Positions 25,207-39,810 of a DNA stretch of 64,000 bases are shown piece by piece. The notes beneath the pieces are model-generated. The model was not told the DNA's origin. It was given only the letters and a program-made list of their open reading frames with translations, and did no database searches. The translations under genes and the position numbers were made by a program. This DNA comes from Takakia lepidozioides (Eukaryota > Plantae > Bryophyta). The number at the start of each line of letters is the position of its first letter. Position 1 is the stretch's first letter. Location: assembly GCA_030704615.1 (NCBI GenBank), contig CM060732.1, forward strand, positions 67,208,001 to 67,272,000. The letters run 5' to 3'.

Positions 25207-26451
25207 CACTCCTTCCAGCTGCAATCAGACACACCAAATTAAACGCTGCGACCCTCAGTTCTATTGCACTTGCAACTCCCAGTCTAATATGGTGCGAATT
25301 CAAATCCAATGGGCTTGATAAAATTCTAGACACTACCTGAGACCCAGTGCTCAGGTGAAACTAATGCAACCCCTACAGGGTTCACAAATGAAAGGTTTCC
25401 TTGTAACAGGCAGCTACCCTTGCTGAGCGCGTGAGAGACAATGTGTGTGGGCGAGAGAGAAGACAGAGAGACAACTAGAGACAACTATTTCCAAACGTTA
25501 ATGAAGACAAAATGAGATGCAGACCTTTGGACTAACGCTACAATTTTGGACTTACTACGTCAGCCAGCGACCTGTGTATCATCATGCACCCTGAAATACT
25601 TCAAGAAAAATACTAACATTCTGGCCGTTGCAACTAGTTGTTGTACTTCTGAAGTCGCCAGTCGATGGCTGAAGGACCCTGGACGTGACAATCGAGGGAG
25701 AAAAAGGCCAGAGTGTAGTTAACACATACGAAAAAATATGCAGGGCAGTGGAGCGATTACTGGGTCAGGTCCAGAACAACCGTCCGAATGCCTCCACCCT
25801 GAAGAACACGCAGTATCCGCTTTCAGTACAATTTGTGAAAGTTACTAAGCCTCTCTCTTACTTTCTTTCTCATCATATGTCTGTGTCTAATGTTTAGGTT
25901 CTCCCATAATTGTGTCCTCTCCTTCTCTACAAGATGTTTCCACTATCAAATGTTTCCTGCAATTTGGATTCAGCTCAACCGCGGACATGCTCTAGCAGAA
26001 TACACCACATGAGCGAGATATGAAACACACCAACCAAATTTGTGAAGAAGACGAAGAAGATCACAAGGCCATCGCTGCACCACCCACCCTCTCTTCTGCC
26101 ATCACAGAACTACCAAAGGTCTCCCAGAACACGCCATACAAGAATGGTAGAGACACCTACCCAGTGCGCTGGCAATCGCAGAGCCCTAGAGCAAATGCTT
26201 GCGTGACAGGATACTGTAAAAAAGACTAAACAATCTCTGCATGTTTTCCTTGTGGTAACATCGAATGTTTTTGGACCTTCTGATTCCTACACGGACCCTG
26301 ACTGATTGAGACCCGTCATCCTTCTACCCCTGGGACCCACTTCTGCCGCCGCGTAAGCCATCCGCTCCACATGTCCGACCAGGCCTGCAGCTTGCCTTGA
26401 ACACACCCGCTGGTTCGCTTGCCACCACCCACATCTCCCTCTGTACGTCTC

Positions 26452-26762
26452 CTCTGTCCCTGAAAGTTTTTTTCTTCCTGGACCTGAAGGGGTTACCAGG
26501 CTCTGTCCCTGAAGTTTTTTTTTTCCTGGACCTGAAGGGGTTACCAGGCTCTGTCCCTGAAGTTTTTTTTTTTTCCTGGACCTTAAGGGGTTACCAGGCT
26601 CTGTCCCTGAAGTTTTTTTTTTCCTGGACCTGAAGGGGTTACCACCTGAAGGTTTTCTTCTTTCTGACCCTGAAGGGTTTACCAGTAACCAGGCTGTGTC
26701 CTGAAGGTTTTCTTCTCTCTGTACCTCAAGGGGTTACCAGTAACCAGGCTCTGTCCCTGAAG
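26452..26762. repeat. Tandem repeat of about 45 bp (ctctgtccctgaag-Tn-cctggacctgaaggggttaccagg), about 6 copies
   Basis: Directly visible, with variable T tract. Confidence 0.9.
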
Positions 26763-28593
26763 TGGTTTTTGTTTTGTCTTTTTCTTTTTCTTCTTTTTTA
26801 AATGAAAGGGGACGGTGTTTTGTCTTTTCTTTTTTCAATTACTGGATGAATGAGAACCTGTATTGTGTCATATATCCCTATATGTAATGAAGTAACTAAT
26901 GCAAAATTCAGATTCTTTTAATTCTTATGTTCTTTTTTTGGAGAAAGGCCAAATTTAGATTTGTTGGCCCTGTCTTTCTAAGGCAGGAGTATGCAAAGGG
27001 TTTTGATGCTTAGCACTGATACTTGCAATTAAGTTTCGAATTTGATCAAGACGGGTGTAATGGGAATATTTCATCCATATATGTAATCGAATTGAATCCC
27101 ATGGATGAATAGTTTTATGCATGCGTGAATACTTCTACTAGCCATTGCAGGCCGGTATTCTCTCCCCCAAGGAAGACAATGACTTGTATTTCCTCCTGTC
27201 CTATTTGCTATCATTGAGGTTTATGATCCTCATAATGGAAGACTTTTGTAGGTGCAATTTTGTGCATGGTATTCAATATCTCTCACACCTGAGGTCCAAA
27301 AATCATGAAACCACCTCGATGCACCCCTACTCATCGAGGGCTTTCCAAACGCATTAAGAACCTAAGCAGAGGCCTTGCGGGTTTGGGAGATCTCAACGTG
27401 ACAAACAAAACAAACTACCGTGCTTAATATATTGATCTTTGAGATTTTATTTTTGAGAAAAAAACAATATTGTCTAGTACCACCATCCTCATTTTATACA
27501 ACACTATGAATATTAAATCAGTTAACATTAGAAGTAGATATTTATAAGAAACAGTGTTGTTCTTTTTTGGCAATTTATTGCCAGATTTCGACTTGGAAAA
27601 TGGCTTACCCTTGGAATATCAGGTGCATGATGGATCCATTAATACTTTACACCTTTCTAGAGGTTCTAGCTTATTTGGGTGCTGGGTATAATACACATGT
27701 GGCCCTGCCAGCAGCGACTTTTGAACAAGGAAACAAAGACACAGATAAAAAAAATGTCCTATTTGTTTTTATATTTAGAAACAATTATCTGTTTGAACCC
27801 CATGAAGTAAGATTCTTGTCTAGGGGATTATTCCTCTTCCTCTTTGTGATGATTAATTCTAAATCACGGGAATGTAGTTATAGATTGCATCTTGCCATAG
27901 GGGAGAATCAACCGTAGAGGACCTACCAAACAATCCACTAGCATCAACACCAATTTCATTCAACACATTGGGCATTTGATATACACTGTTGAAAACCAAA
28001 AGATAACCATCCTAATATTCCAAGCCCCCAATTTAGATAAGAAAATCTAAGACATAGCAAGGAGGCCACATGGCTCAAAAGCACTAAAAAACACTTGACT
28101 ACCCATATCGCAAGTCAGGTCCATCGCAAGTAGACCAGCCACGAGATCATCAATCTAATCCTAATTAGTCCGTCCACATCCCTCCCTAACAATTTGTCTA
28201 TCCATCAATAAGAAACAATACAAGGGAATCGTGACCCCCCATATATGAAGCACGTCGGCCCCTCCGATCAAACAAGCTCCCGTGAGCATGAAGTAAATTA
28301 AAAAAATATGACTAGACAACAAACAAACTAGAGCATCCGAGGCTAGTCCAAGATCGCGCTTACCTTTCTATTATCCATCTTTATCATATCATGCATAACA
28401 CATGCCTAAGGAATTTCACTTTTATGATCCCGAATTCGCACTTTGAAGTTGGCATAGAGCTTCCCCTCCCGCAACTTTTGGAACACCTTTGGTCATACCA
28501 ATTGAGTATGAGAACTGGGATTCTTATAACTGAATGTCAATTCTTTTGAATTTCAATATTTTGTTGTGACATAACTACTTTGTTATATACCAA

Positions 28594-29520
28594 ATGCAGA
28601 GCCTACTCACCCGCCACACTTTCGATACAATGCACTGTGAAAAGAACATTTGTGAAAATATTATTAAGACTATTGTCGGCGAGAATGATACTTTGAGTGT
28701 AAGACGTGATTTGGAGCTGCATGGTCTACATCGTACACTGTGGTTGAAAAAACATCCGACCAAATTACCGAATACTGTAATAATGCATGCATCTCCTTAC
28801 GTGCTAACGAAAGATGAAACACATGTGTCCTTGAACATTATTGCAAGTATGAAAGTCCCCACACGGTACGCCTTTGCATTCAAGAAGCACGTCATGGCAA
28901 TGAAGTTGGAACAACTCAAAAACCATGATTATCATGTGTTAATGCAATTGTGCTAATGCAACAGGTTCTTCCTGTTGCATTGTGTGGGTTGATGGCAGAC
29001 AGTCATCGGAAAGCAATTATGCGGGTTTCTCGAGTGTTTAGAAACTTTGGGCGAAAATGGTAGATTCTGTTTTGCATGAGGAATTGAAACAGGATGTGGC
29101 GATCATACTTTGTCTCCTTGAGAAGGAGTTTCCACCAAGTTTCTTCGATGTCATGACACATTTATTCATCCACTTGGTAGATGAGTTAGATTTATTTGGA
29201 CCTAAAGGTACTCGTTGGATATACCTCATGGAAAGAGCTATGAAATAATTCAAAGGCTATGTACAGAATATGGCGAAGCCGGAGGAGGGAAGCATGGCCG
29301 AAGGCTATGTGTTTGATTAGGCACTAGGATTCTGCACAGAGTATATGGCTAGCTTCGATACAACTCACTACAGAGTCTGGGATGCAGAGGAGGAAGAATC
29401 TATCTCTGGTGAAGTATTGGTAGGAGTAGGAAGGGACAAGAAATTGACTGCCGAATTGTATGAGGTTGTGCATGAATATATAATTCATAATCACCCGAGC
29501 TTTTTACACCTGTGGGGTAA
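28594..29520 (+). pseudogene. CACTA transposase (TnpD-like) fragment
   Basis: DTMHCEKNICE, LKNHDYHVLMQ, FPPSFFDVMTHL, RWIYLMER, GSMAEGY, with stops and frameshifts. Confidence 0.9.
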
Positions 29521-29539
29521 AAATTCCATTATTTTCATT

Positions 29540-30500
29540 CTGGCGTGCAAGGTGCGTTGTGAGCCAACAACTTTTCCCAAAATGTTGGTGGCATCTGGGA
29601 CACTTGATGGTTCGGAGCTGGTGGCTCGGGGGGATCATCGGGCTTCGATTCCTGAAGTGGCTCTTGATTTTGGGCAGCATCACCCTCCGAGAGGTATTCC
29701 TCTCTTTCCTCTTGCTGCTCCTGCATTGCGTCGCCCCCATCGAGCTCACTAGGTTCATTAACATTCTGGCGATTCCGCTTTTGCTTGGCCTTGCCCGACC
29801 CTATAGCGAGGCCGATCTCAAGGACGATCGCGTACTCAACTCTAGGCTCTGATACCACATACAGTCGCACACCTCACTTGGGTAAACTCCCTTTCAACAA
29901 GTCATAGTTACTTGCTTTGATATGCGCGCTTAGCTCCCAAACTGACTGCCAGCCCAACTTGGAGCTTTGGCTGCTCACCGGGACATAATAGTCCCCCTTT
30001 TACTCCCCATGCAACCCTCGACTACGTGGGCTGAGTGGAAATTCCCTTTGGTTGCGGTAGTATGGAAATATAGCTCCCAACTTTCATCTCTTTCCGGCTC
30101 GCTTGTTTGCTTCACTAGCTTTTGGTCACTTAACGAGCTTGCACCGTACTACTCCATATATATGTTTATATAGGTGTCAAAGAGAGTCTCACAAACAGCC
30201 TAAGTCTTTTTTGGTGAATCACCACCGTGAACCTCGACTCACTGTGATGAGTTGCGGTAAGTCTTGGCCCACCCAACACGGTCCCAATGGAATGGACTGT
30301 GGTGAGTCCCAAGACTCCCCACTACTTCCACCACAAGGCCGCAGCCCCGTGGTGAGTCCTATGTTACCCCCACTACGACTCATTATGCTACGACCACCCT
30401 TCACTCGAAGCCCCCACCGCTCCACCTAGTGAACGCCTTTGGCACTGGAGGGTCGTTCAGCCCCCACTCATATTGCTGCCGCTGCCTACACCACAGCAAC
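29540..30500 (-). mobile_element. 5' fragment of an LTR retrotransposon (LTR, tRNA-iMet PBS, gag N-terminus)
   Basis: ggctctgatacca at 29845-29857 is the reverse complement of TGGTATCAGAGCC. An acidic/Pro-rich ORF follows on the minus strand. LTR limits uncertain. Confidence 0.65.
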
Positions 30501-33459
30501 ATCCCCTGTTGTATCACGACCCCTGTCCTAAAGGCAAATTAGCCCATAGAGAGATAGAATTAGGTATCATTACACCAAAATCTAACATTTTTTTAATTTC
30601 ATCTTATATGACCGCGTGCTCTCATTATGTACATACTGTTAAGAGCTCATTATGTGCATACTATAAGTCTATTTTGATGGACTTATTGTCTGTGAAAATG
30701 TCTTGTTGCATCATATCCGTTTCACCCAAGTCATGAGGACCATGAGTAAATACATCCAGGCTCAAAACTGGTGAAGTGGAGCCTTCTAGTCATTCATCAG
30801 TTTGTTACCCACCCTTTCCTCCTTTACCTGTTGATCATGATCTTTCTACTCTGATATGAATGGAACCACCTTGGCATATATAGCATTGGTTGCAAATGTC
30901 AAAATGACCCTTGACGTTACTTCTGTAGTATGAGCTTTTTCCAACCCTTAACTTTGATGTAGCAACCTTGTGGGCAAAGAAATGCTAAGCCAGCAGATAT
31001 TATTCGTTGAAAAAAGGTAGGATAGCGAAATCCACATGAGATCGTAATAGCAATGAATTTTTGAGTACATATAGCGGAGGTCCACTTTTCTTACTATAAA
31101 GTAGAAACTTGCGCTAATGTAGACAATCAATTCCATTCACTAAGAACTAGCTAAAAGTAGCCAGGCTATAGTGTAGACCAGCCTAACTCCGCATCTCGGT
31201 AGCCAACAATTACAGCTTGGCAAAATTGGCCATGGAAGTGTTAGCAGCCAAAGCCCTAGAGCAAATACTTGCATGATAGTGTAAAATATCGTATACAAAG
31301 TGTACACGTCTCTCTTGAGATTCCATCAAATGTTTTGCAAATTCTAGCAAGGTGGTCTGCATAAGAACCGTGATCCTTTTGCACTGTGATGCTACTCTGT
31401 CCTTGGGACCCATCTCATGCCATTGCGTCTCAATACACTCCACATCTCCTCAGTAGGCCTGTAGCTGCACTACTCGTTAGTTCACTTTCACTCATCCATA
31501 TCTCCCAAGTTGTCATTCCTGAAGTAAAACACTATAAGCATTTATTAGCCCCCACCCTTGCATTATCTTCTAGATTTATGAAATATCTCTCAATGAATAG
31601 ATGAATGAGAATTTGTAGTGCATCAAGTAAACCTATATGTAATGAAGTAACTAATGCAAAATTTAAATTATTGAACAGTAAAGTAATTTATTTATTTATT
31701 TATAAGAAATTTCCAATTATTGTTATTATTACTATTATTATTTAAGGGAACGAGGCTCTGGAAAATACTTATTTGGAATTATTTGGGGAATGATATTTAG
31801 AAACAAATATCTCTTTGAACCTTTAACTGTTGTTGAGACTTTATGGCCAAAGTAGTTATAACAAGAACAAAAGCTATACCCGCAGAATTGACATTTGTGA
31901 GTGATATTGATACAAGACAGCAAGGTGAAGTGGCTCTTCAGTTCCGCTGGCCACTGCTGGGGTCTTCTCTTTTTTCTTCTTCTTTTCTGTCTTAAAGACA
32001 AAGGGGACAGAGGCCCTTTTCAAATTAAATCAGATAAATGTTCACAAAAAGGTGGAAAAAATAACCACCGGGGAGGCCGGAAGGAGGGGGAACATCCCCC
32101 TAACCCTCTCTCTCTCAAACAATCATAATTTTCTATCATTTTCCCAATTAATTCATAATTCCCTCAAACACAATCATAAATGCAAATATTTATGTCGTTT
32201 GCACTTTGAGTTCACATAAATCAATTTAAAATGAAATGAAAATAGAAAAGTCAAATAAGGCAACTTGGCAACTTGTCACCCCGGACTTTAGTATACTTAC
32301 GTTAAGTTCAAACTTGGGCGCATTTGTTGATTGAATTCTGGAAGTGTCTGTAAGTCATCACTCCGCGTGACGTTTTAGAGTCCAGAATGTGCCTGTGATC
32401 TGTAATCCGCCCTGGCAATCATCATCATTCCGGGGCTCCAGGCTGGTTCATTAATGGCCTGCCCGCAGTGTTGAAAACATTTTCTTTTCTATTTTCTACA
32501 CATCGGGCTGCCCGCTCCCTAACCCCGGTTAGTTCAAGGGATCGCGCTGCGGCTTAGGAACGTGCAGCACGAGTGTGGCAGGCGCTGGGTGGCGATGGCG
32601 CAGCCGCACCTTTTCAGAAGCCGCCACATCACCGGGCCACCCTTTATGCGGGTCCCCCTGTACCGACCAGCCCAGCTGTCCTCTCTTGCACATGCGACTT
32701 CATTTGGCACTTTATGTCGGTTTGGCTGTCAGACTAAGTCTGGCAGTTTTCCCACTAAGTTGTGGCAACAAAGTTATGTGTTCTGATTACTTTCTGTACT
32801 ACAACAGTTTGACTTCTGTTTATCATTATATCTAGCTCTATGAGATTTTGCTTCTTCCCTTTGGGGTAGTTTTAACCATTTTGTACTGGCACCCCACTGG
32901 GGTCTTTTTATAAAGCTATACAGGATGTGGACAGCCTGTGGGAAGAATAAGGATAACCATCCTGCTATGCAAGGACTCATGCGACATAATTTAGGGTTTA
33001 TTCAGGATTCTGTGCTGTTTTGGTGCTTACTAACCCTAAAACCCAAAGTTGAGTATTTGGAAGAAGATAAAGATAAAGTTTCTTTAACGTCCAGTGAATT
33101 TACAGAGCCTACAGAGTATTTGGAAGAAGGTGAGCCAGGATGAAAGCTCAAAAAATTATCACAAAACAATCTTGTTCGGACATTATCTGGCCACATACCC
33201 CCTGCACACCTGCCAGAACATGATCTGCACCCTAATCGGAGAGGATCCTATAAAAGTCTAAAAGATACCTTTATGGGTGGATTTTGGTTATTATTGGAAT
33301 AAATCTTTGGCTTTACAGGGTTTGGAAATTTGGATGACATATAGTAGTATGACATCTGTCTATCATGGGTTTTTTGGGCGCATGTTTCTTGCCACATGAT
33401 GCATCTACTGCCCTTCATTTCATATAACTTGGCAAGATAAGTGGACAATATGAAGACCC

Positions 33460-33534
33460 ATACCCACAAAGGGAAAGTGGCTCTTATTTACGCTAACTTT
33501 GGTTGGTGTCATATATATATATATATATATATAT
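33460..33534 (+). mobile_element. Very short 5'-truncated copy of the LINE 3' end with (TA)n tail
   Basis: tacccacaaagggaaagtggctcttatttacgctaactttggttggtgtc(at)n matches the reverse complement of 39090-39140. Confidence 0.8.
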
Positions 33535-34005
33535 GAAGATTGGTGGTGGGCGAATATTTAATTTTTTGGCAAAATACACATGGAACAACATGATTGTTCC
33601 ACTACTTATGCGGGGCTGGACCAGCACCCGAACATGCCGAGTGCTTTGGATTGAGAACTTGGCCGTACAAAGAACGTGAGGTAGAAGTGTTTTTTTTTCC
33701 CATTGTCCAAAAGTAGCTGGTGGGGTCTTTCCAAGTGGCGAAAAGTAAGAGCATGCACCTCTAGCAAGGTAGCTAGCTATATGGCAGGCGGCAAGTTTTA
33801 AATGGTCCACGACGGCACAAACATGCATCAAATATTCAACCTTGAAAATGGATCAGTTACTTCTACAAAGGAATTGTATGGGTCAAAATCCGAAAAAATC
33901 GCCAGCTCAAAAAACACTGATGGGGAGGTGAAGTGGCCCACCTCTAATGTCCCATTTTTTCCTTCCCTGTTTTTCTCCCTGATAGATGAATTCATGTTTC
34001 CGTCA

Positions 34006-36592
34006 TAGGATTATGTATAGAGCTGTTGTAGTGGCTGCTCCACACTACCCTAGGTACTATACCGTTGAGATATTCATTAATTTTGAGTACTATTGATGCG
34101 TTTGCTGGCTAGGATACGATTTGGCCATGGGTCTATAGCGTTGTGACAAGTATGTATAACTAAGATCCTACTTGGCTTTTTGATAAGGGGATTCCCTGAA
34201 TGTGAGAATAGGCGGTTATTTGTGGGGTTGTTTTCTTGGGTGTACAAGGAGAGAGACGGTGTGACATTTGGTGTAGAGGTATAAGGTATTGTGTAGAACC
34301 ATGGCAGATTGCATCTGCAGAAGCTCTTTTGCATGAATCCCCTGCCATCTGAGGATCCTGCTCTACCGAGCTACACATCCCCTGTTTCGCGGTTGCAAGA
34401 AGAGGATGGGGAATCCCTGCTTTAAGCGCGTTTTGTGGTGGAGATGGAGTCTCAGAACTAAACCCTACATTCACGCGATGGCTGAATTTTTCTCTTATAT
34501 GCATTTTTTTCCTTTTTAAAAGTCATGAAAACTCAGCAGTGTCTGTCCATGATGGCTGCCTCTTTGACCTCACTTGATACATTCACACGAGCTGATTCAT
34601 CGATTGTTGGTGAGGACACCAGTTTTGCTGCCCCATGAGATCGTTGTTCGGAGCATTCCATTCCACTGAGTTACTCCATTGCACCTAAACGTGCTACGCC
34701 TGAGCTCTCCTCTTTTCCCATGCAAAGAAGACACAGACCCTCACCCATTTGAAGAACTAACAAAGAGTTGTGGACCGCTAAGGAATTGTCGTGGGATGTT
34801 GATCCTCTAGTTTTTATTAGTGCATGCTGAGGTATTGGAACAAGAGAGATTTGATTGGTGCACTGGACACATGCTCGTTTACACGACCAGCACACTACGG
34901 AGGAAGCTATTTGCTACCAATTTCAAGACTTTGCATTGTGAGTTAAGTAGAAAGTTGCTCAAGAATTCTATTTTATCTCTTATAACTCAGTGCCATGTAG
35001 GACCAACTCAATTTCCCTTGTGTAATTGACACTGGATGGACTGTATCTGCGATCCCTTCGGAGGTTGTAAGGGTTCTTGGACTTACGCTTGCTTCTGCAA
35101 AGGGTATGGAAGTGGTCATTACAGATAGGACGTCTAGCTATGAGCCACTGGGGGTGGTATCTCTATCCATTGGAATACATGGTAAGGAGTTACTTATCAT
35201 GTGCATACTCACCATGGGGAATCAGTTAAATTTACTAGGTTTGGATTGGATAAGGGGGCTGCTACTATACACTCAGGTGACAACACCATGAAATTCAAAA
35301 AAAATGATGGACAAGAAGTACTTATTCCCTTGACTACCATGCACATGAATCCTAGTTTGAGTACTGATCTGAAACACTTAATGAAATTATTGACGATTTT
35401 TGAAATCATTGTGTTCAGACTACCTGTCTGATTCCCAACATTTCTTCCGCAAACCAGAATGTAATAATAAAAGCAGAAGAGACGCAAAATAAAGTAAAGA
35501 ACTGGAAGTGAGTGCCAAGCAGGCCGTCAGAAATCGTAGCGGTGATCACTTGAATTGGCAGGGGTTCATGCAACTCGGTGCCACCAAAAACACTTTGTTG
35601 CAGTGGGTCATTCCTCCTCTTCGTCAAAACAGTAGTCATCCTCTATTGGTAAGGGACAATACTAGTGTGCTTGTGGAGACTTCACAATCCAAGCAATGAG
35701 TCCATAAATGGTATCCACTAGCAGAGCTTTCGTGTGCTTTCAAGAACACTACCTCGAGACTCAAAGGTTGGCACTTTAGAAACATTGCATCTTTGCTTCT
35801 CTTGTGATTTCAGATCGTGGATTCAGAGGAGAAACGAAAATGTTGGTTGCCAATCGTGATCACAATCTGTGACCATAAGGAAGGGGAAAGTCATGCAGGC
35901 TCGTATATTGGATATTTGAGAACTTAGTCCTAGGTATTCACAGCTACTTCTAAGATGTTAGATTTTCATGAACATATCTAGATCTAGAAGTGAGCTAGAA
36001 GTACATAGGGGTTCAGTTTTCCAACCGAAGGGGTAGCATCACATATGTGATGGCCCACAAGTTTTTCCTTAGCAATTTTTCTCCTTGACATATGAATTAA
36101 TGTTATTGTTGTAGGATTATGTATAGAGCTATTGTAGTGGCTGCTCCACACTACCCTAGGTATACCAATGAGATACTCATTAATTTTGAGTACCATTGAT
36201 GTGCAGCTTTGGCGGCTAGGATATGATGACTTGGCCACAGGCCTATAGCGCTGTGACAAGTGTGTATGATTAGGATCCTACTTGGCTTTTGATAAGAGGA
36301 CTCCCTAGATGGGAGAAGGGTAGTTATTTTTGGGATTATGTTCTTGGGTGTACAAGGAGAGAGACTATGCACTTGGTGTAGAGGTGTAAGATAATGTGCA
36401 TGACAGAAAGACGGCCGATGTATTCAGATGTGTTTTGTGCATGAGTAACGTTTGATGAGCATTTGCAGAAGCTCCTCTAGATGAGATCCTCTACCATCTG
36501 CGGATCTTGCTTTACGGAGCTACATATCCCCTCTTTCACGGTTGTAGAAAGAGGATGGGGAATCCTTGCCTTAAGCGCATTTTGAGCATCAC
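34006..36592 (+). mobile_element. Small decayed LTR element with two approximately 430-480 bp direct repeats and a protease relic
   Basis: 34006-34435 is repeated at 36110-36592 (TGTAGG...TCACA). Internal VIDTGWTVSAIP at about 35022. Confidence 0.75.
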
Positions 36593-38869
36593 ACATCTGT
36601 GCACGGAAGGGCCAAGTTCTATGGGCACTCCCAATCGACCCTAAGCAACCGCCCCAATAGGGAATCGTCCCTTTAAAAAGATGAGGGGTTGCTTTCATGG
36701 GGACCTTTCCATTCATCCCCGTTTAGTAATCTTGGCACCAATGTTTCTTTTTTAGCAAAAAATCGCCAGATTTCGACCTGACAAATGGGTCACCTACTTG
36801 CACAAAAGAAATAAGGGGGATAAAATCCAAGCATTTCGCCAAAAAGCGCCAATAGTGGAGAATTAGGAGCCTAATTTTGCAAACGTGGACCATTTAAAAT
36901 GTGTCACGTGGTATATAAGGCACTTTTCTAGCCTTGCCACCTCATTATTCTCACCACATGGGCACCGGATAGAATTCATATGTAGGCCTGGCACCAATTG
37001 CCGCCCATGTGGGCCCAAGATATAGTAAATGATAATAATTTAAGTTTTCAATGAAAATATCAAAATCCATTTTTTTCCCAAAAAATTTAATATTTTTGAA
37101 AAAGGGAAACACTTGGGAGCGGCAACTCACAAATGAGGCCCCTTATACTGAGTGGAGAAAATAACCTCTTTCACAGTAACCTTGCCGTGAAGGCTTTTGC
37201 ATGGGACGCCGCCCAAGGGAAGGGGGAGAATAACATAGCACACCCGTCACACAAGGTAGCAAGATTTGACCCCCAGAAATTGAGCTACTAACTCTTGGTG
37301 CGAACCTTTTTCTTACTTTGGATGAACAACAATAACATTATGTAAGGTACATTCTGTAAGGTTGCGAGTCTCGCTATAGGAAAAGACAAACTAGTTAGTA
37401 AGCGGTGGATCGATCCGCCCTTATGAAGGGACCTTTTTTTTTCCGCCCCTTAGCAAAGGGCGCTTAGTGGGGGTGCCCCTTAAAGAATATTCTATCTAAA
37501 CCAGTAGCGCCTCTTTAAACTTGGGGGAGATTCACTTGGGAGTGGCATAGAACGTGGTTCGAAACCCCACTTGGCCCAAAAAGCTAGCCATTCTTAGCAC
37601 CACCATCTTCATTGGGCCCACAAGTTATTGCAAGTTCCATACTTGACATGTACACAATTGCCACCTAAGGATGTACACGATTGCAACCTAAGGAAAACCC
37701 CTAATTCCGCCCCATGCGAGCCCGCCATTGGCTGCTCCCAGGCACTCTATGCTTTGGACCTTCTTAAGAAATTAATATTTATTGGCCCAGGTACGACTGT
37801 GTTTATGGTGGAAAATTACTGGTGTTTATGGAGTTTCGTCCCGATTCTTAAAATTGGAAAGCGAATTAGTTAAAGAATATTTCATCCATACTTATAGATG
37901 AAAAAAATAAACATGATGTAGTTCATAGAATCTAGTTGGTGCCTAGGTGAGTCTTTCATAGAGACACTTAGTAATGGTACAAGTTTAGGGTTTCATCCAC
38001 CACAAGACTTTCTACACAAATTTGTCACCTGGATTAGTGCACAAAATTTGGGATTTTGTCACAGGTATTTGTATTCATGTCATAGTTATGTTAATCATTA
38101 AATTACAACCGATTTGTATTTCATATGTAAAGAGGGCTTGCATTTAGTCCATGCATTTGTTTTAATTTTGTTGCATGTTTTGTGGTATTTGTTTATCTTT
38201 TTATAGTAATGCGGTTGGAACCGAGATGCACGCCTATTCTCAAACAAACAAGAACCTATCATGTTGACTCGAACCAGCTAAGGTGGAAAATTTGACACTT
38301 AACAGTAACCAAAAATGTCATTAAATTTGGAACGTTCAAACCCTCGACACCGACGAATCTCTAGCAGAGCCCCCACTTCCAAACCAGAACTGGAGATTCC
38401 TACATAAATCAAAGAACCCGCCCGACATTGGTGCAGAGTGCAACGAATCTACTCACCCAATGAGTTGAAAGTGCACAATCGGGTAAGCCATTGGCCAGAG
38501 CGCCAAGGCTTCCGGCATGCTTCCAGTCAAATCCCCTCCTGCACTCTCGGAAGGTGGAGAGTGCGAGGTGGGGATAAATTGGATCCAGGTCCGAAACCCA
38601 CCAATGTTATAGAGACACTTAAACGTTTAGGCTGTATTGCCCCTATGCTCTATTGGTACCCAACCAGTGCTATGGGTACATGGTTCACTTCACTGATTAA
38701 GGCTGATTGTTTCCGACCTGGGTCCAAACCTATCAATGTTTAATTAGCATTAATCGTAGCTACAATTCTGTACATTAACTTACAACTTTCTAGGGCACTG
38801 ACGTGATCATTCAGGTCTTCAGACCCCGGTCCGAAAACCCACCATCTTGAGTGAGCCACTAATACACCG

Positions 38870-38997
38870 TGGCTGACAACCAAGTTGTAGCCCATGGTAA
38901 TGGGCACATACCACCTTGGAAGTGGTTATGGGTTCAATCCACCCATTGGTGTCACAAAAGGTGTCCTCTTTCCTAACGGAAGGCAGTAACCCTTCGG
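38870..38997 (+). mobile_element. tRNA-derived SINE-like repeat
   Basis: A-box-like tagcccatgg and B-box-like ggttcaatcc, with a second copy at 11780-12440. Confidence 0.6.
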
Positions 38998-39181
38998 GAT
39001 GAAGAGACACCATAATTTACACTTCCTTTGGGAGGCGTCAAATATAAATACACACACATATATATATATACACTATATATATATATATACGACGCCAACC
39101 GAAGCTAGCGTAAATAAGAGCCTCTTCCCCTTGCGGGTACTGCCCCCTTTCAGGGGTGGGCTCTATCCGCACCGTAACCTG

Positions 39182-39810
39182 TCACACAGTGGCTAGTTGG
39201 CCACTTTCAATCTTACGTTTATTGAGGATTAGGGATGTGAGTGATGTAATAGCTGTGAAGTGTAAGGCTCGTAGTAGAGGTGTAGTATATTTGGGTGGTA
39301 GGTTGAGATTATCTTTCAAACCTTGGATATTATGGGTATGAGCACCGCCCCTGACACCTGCAGTAATGACGGTCAGAGGTGCCGTGTTCCAGCCTCGCTG
39401 ACGGAGGGCATGTATGATTGGATCATATTTTTCGTGTTTGTACATAATTGATTGATCTGGATTTCGATCATGGCAGAATGTAAATTCCAAAAAATATATT
39501 TTGAGAGATGGAAGGGGTTCCGCCGGTGGCAATGCCAGTACAAGAAGCCCTTGGACTAGCAAAATATATGGGCATAGCCTTGCCAGGCAAATGCACGGGT
39601 GCCCTTGGGAGCATACACAAGGTAGTAGCCATGGGGGTATAGTGTGGTCCGGTGGGCGACCTTGAAACGTGCCTGCATTGATGAGGTTAAACCATCTAGA
39701 TTTCGGATGTGAAGTGAGAATTTTGAGGAGTTGTCTAACCCCTTGGTTATGTCTAGTTACCCGCAACCCATGAATTATGGGATGGTTGCAGTGGAGAAGT
39801 AAGTGTGGCC
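39182..39810 (-). pseudogene. Restriction-like endonuclease (RLE) domain at the LINE ORF2 C-terminus
   Basis: PHLLLHC, RHN, P(Y)IL, EFTFCHD, KHEKY, GW...VITAGVRG. Joins CMLC...DTWPH at 51000 across the insertion. Confidence 0.85.

Noticed and set aside
30880-31604. Possible decayed minus-strand coding relic
   Set aside because: Multiple stops and no assignable family
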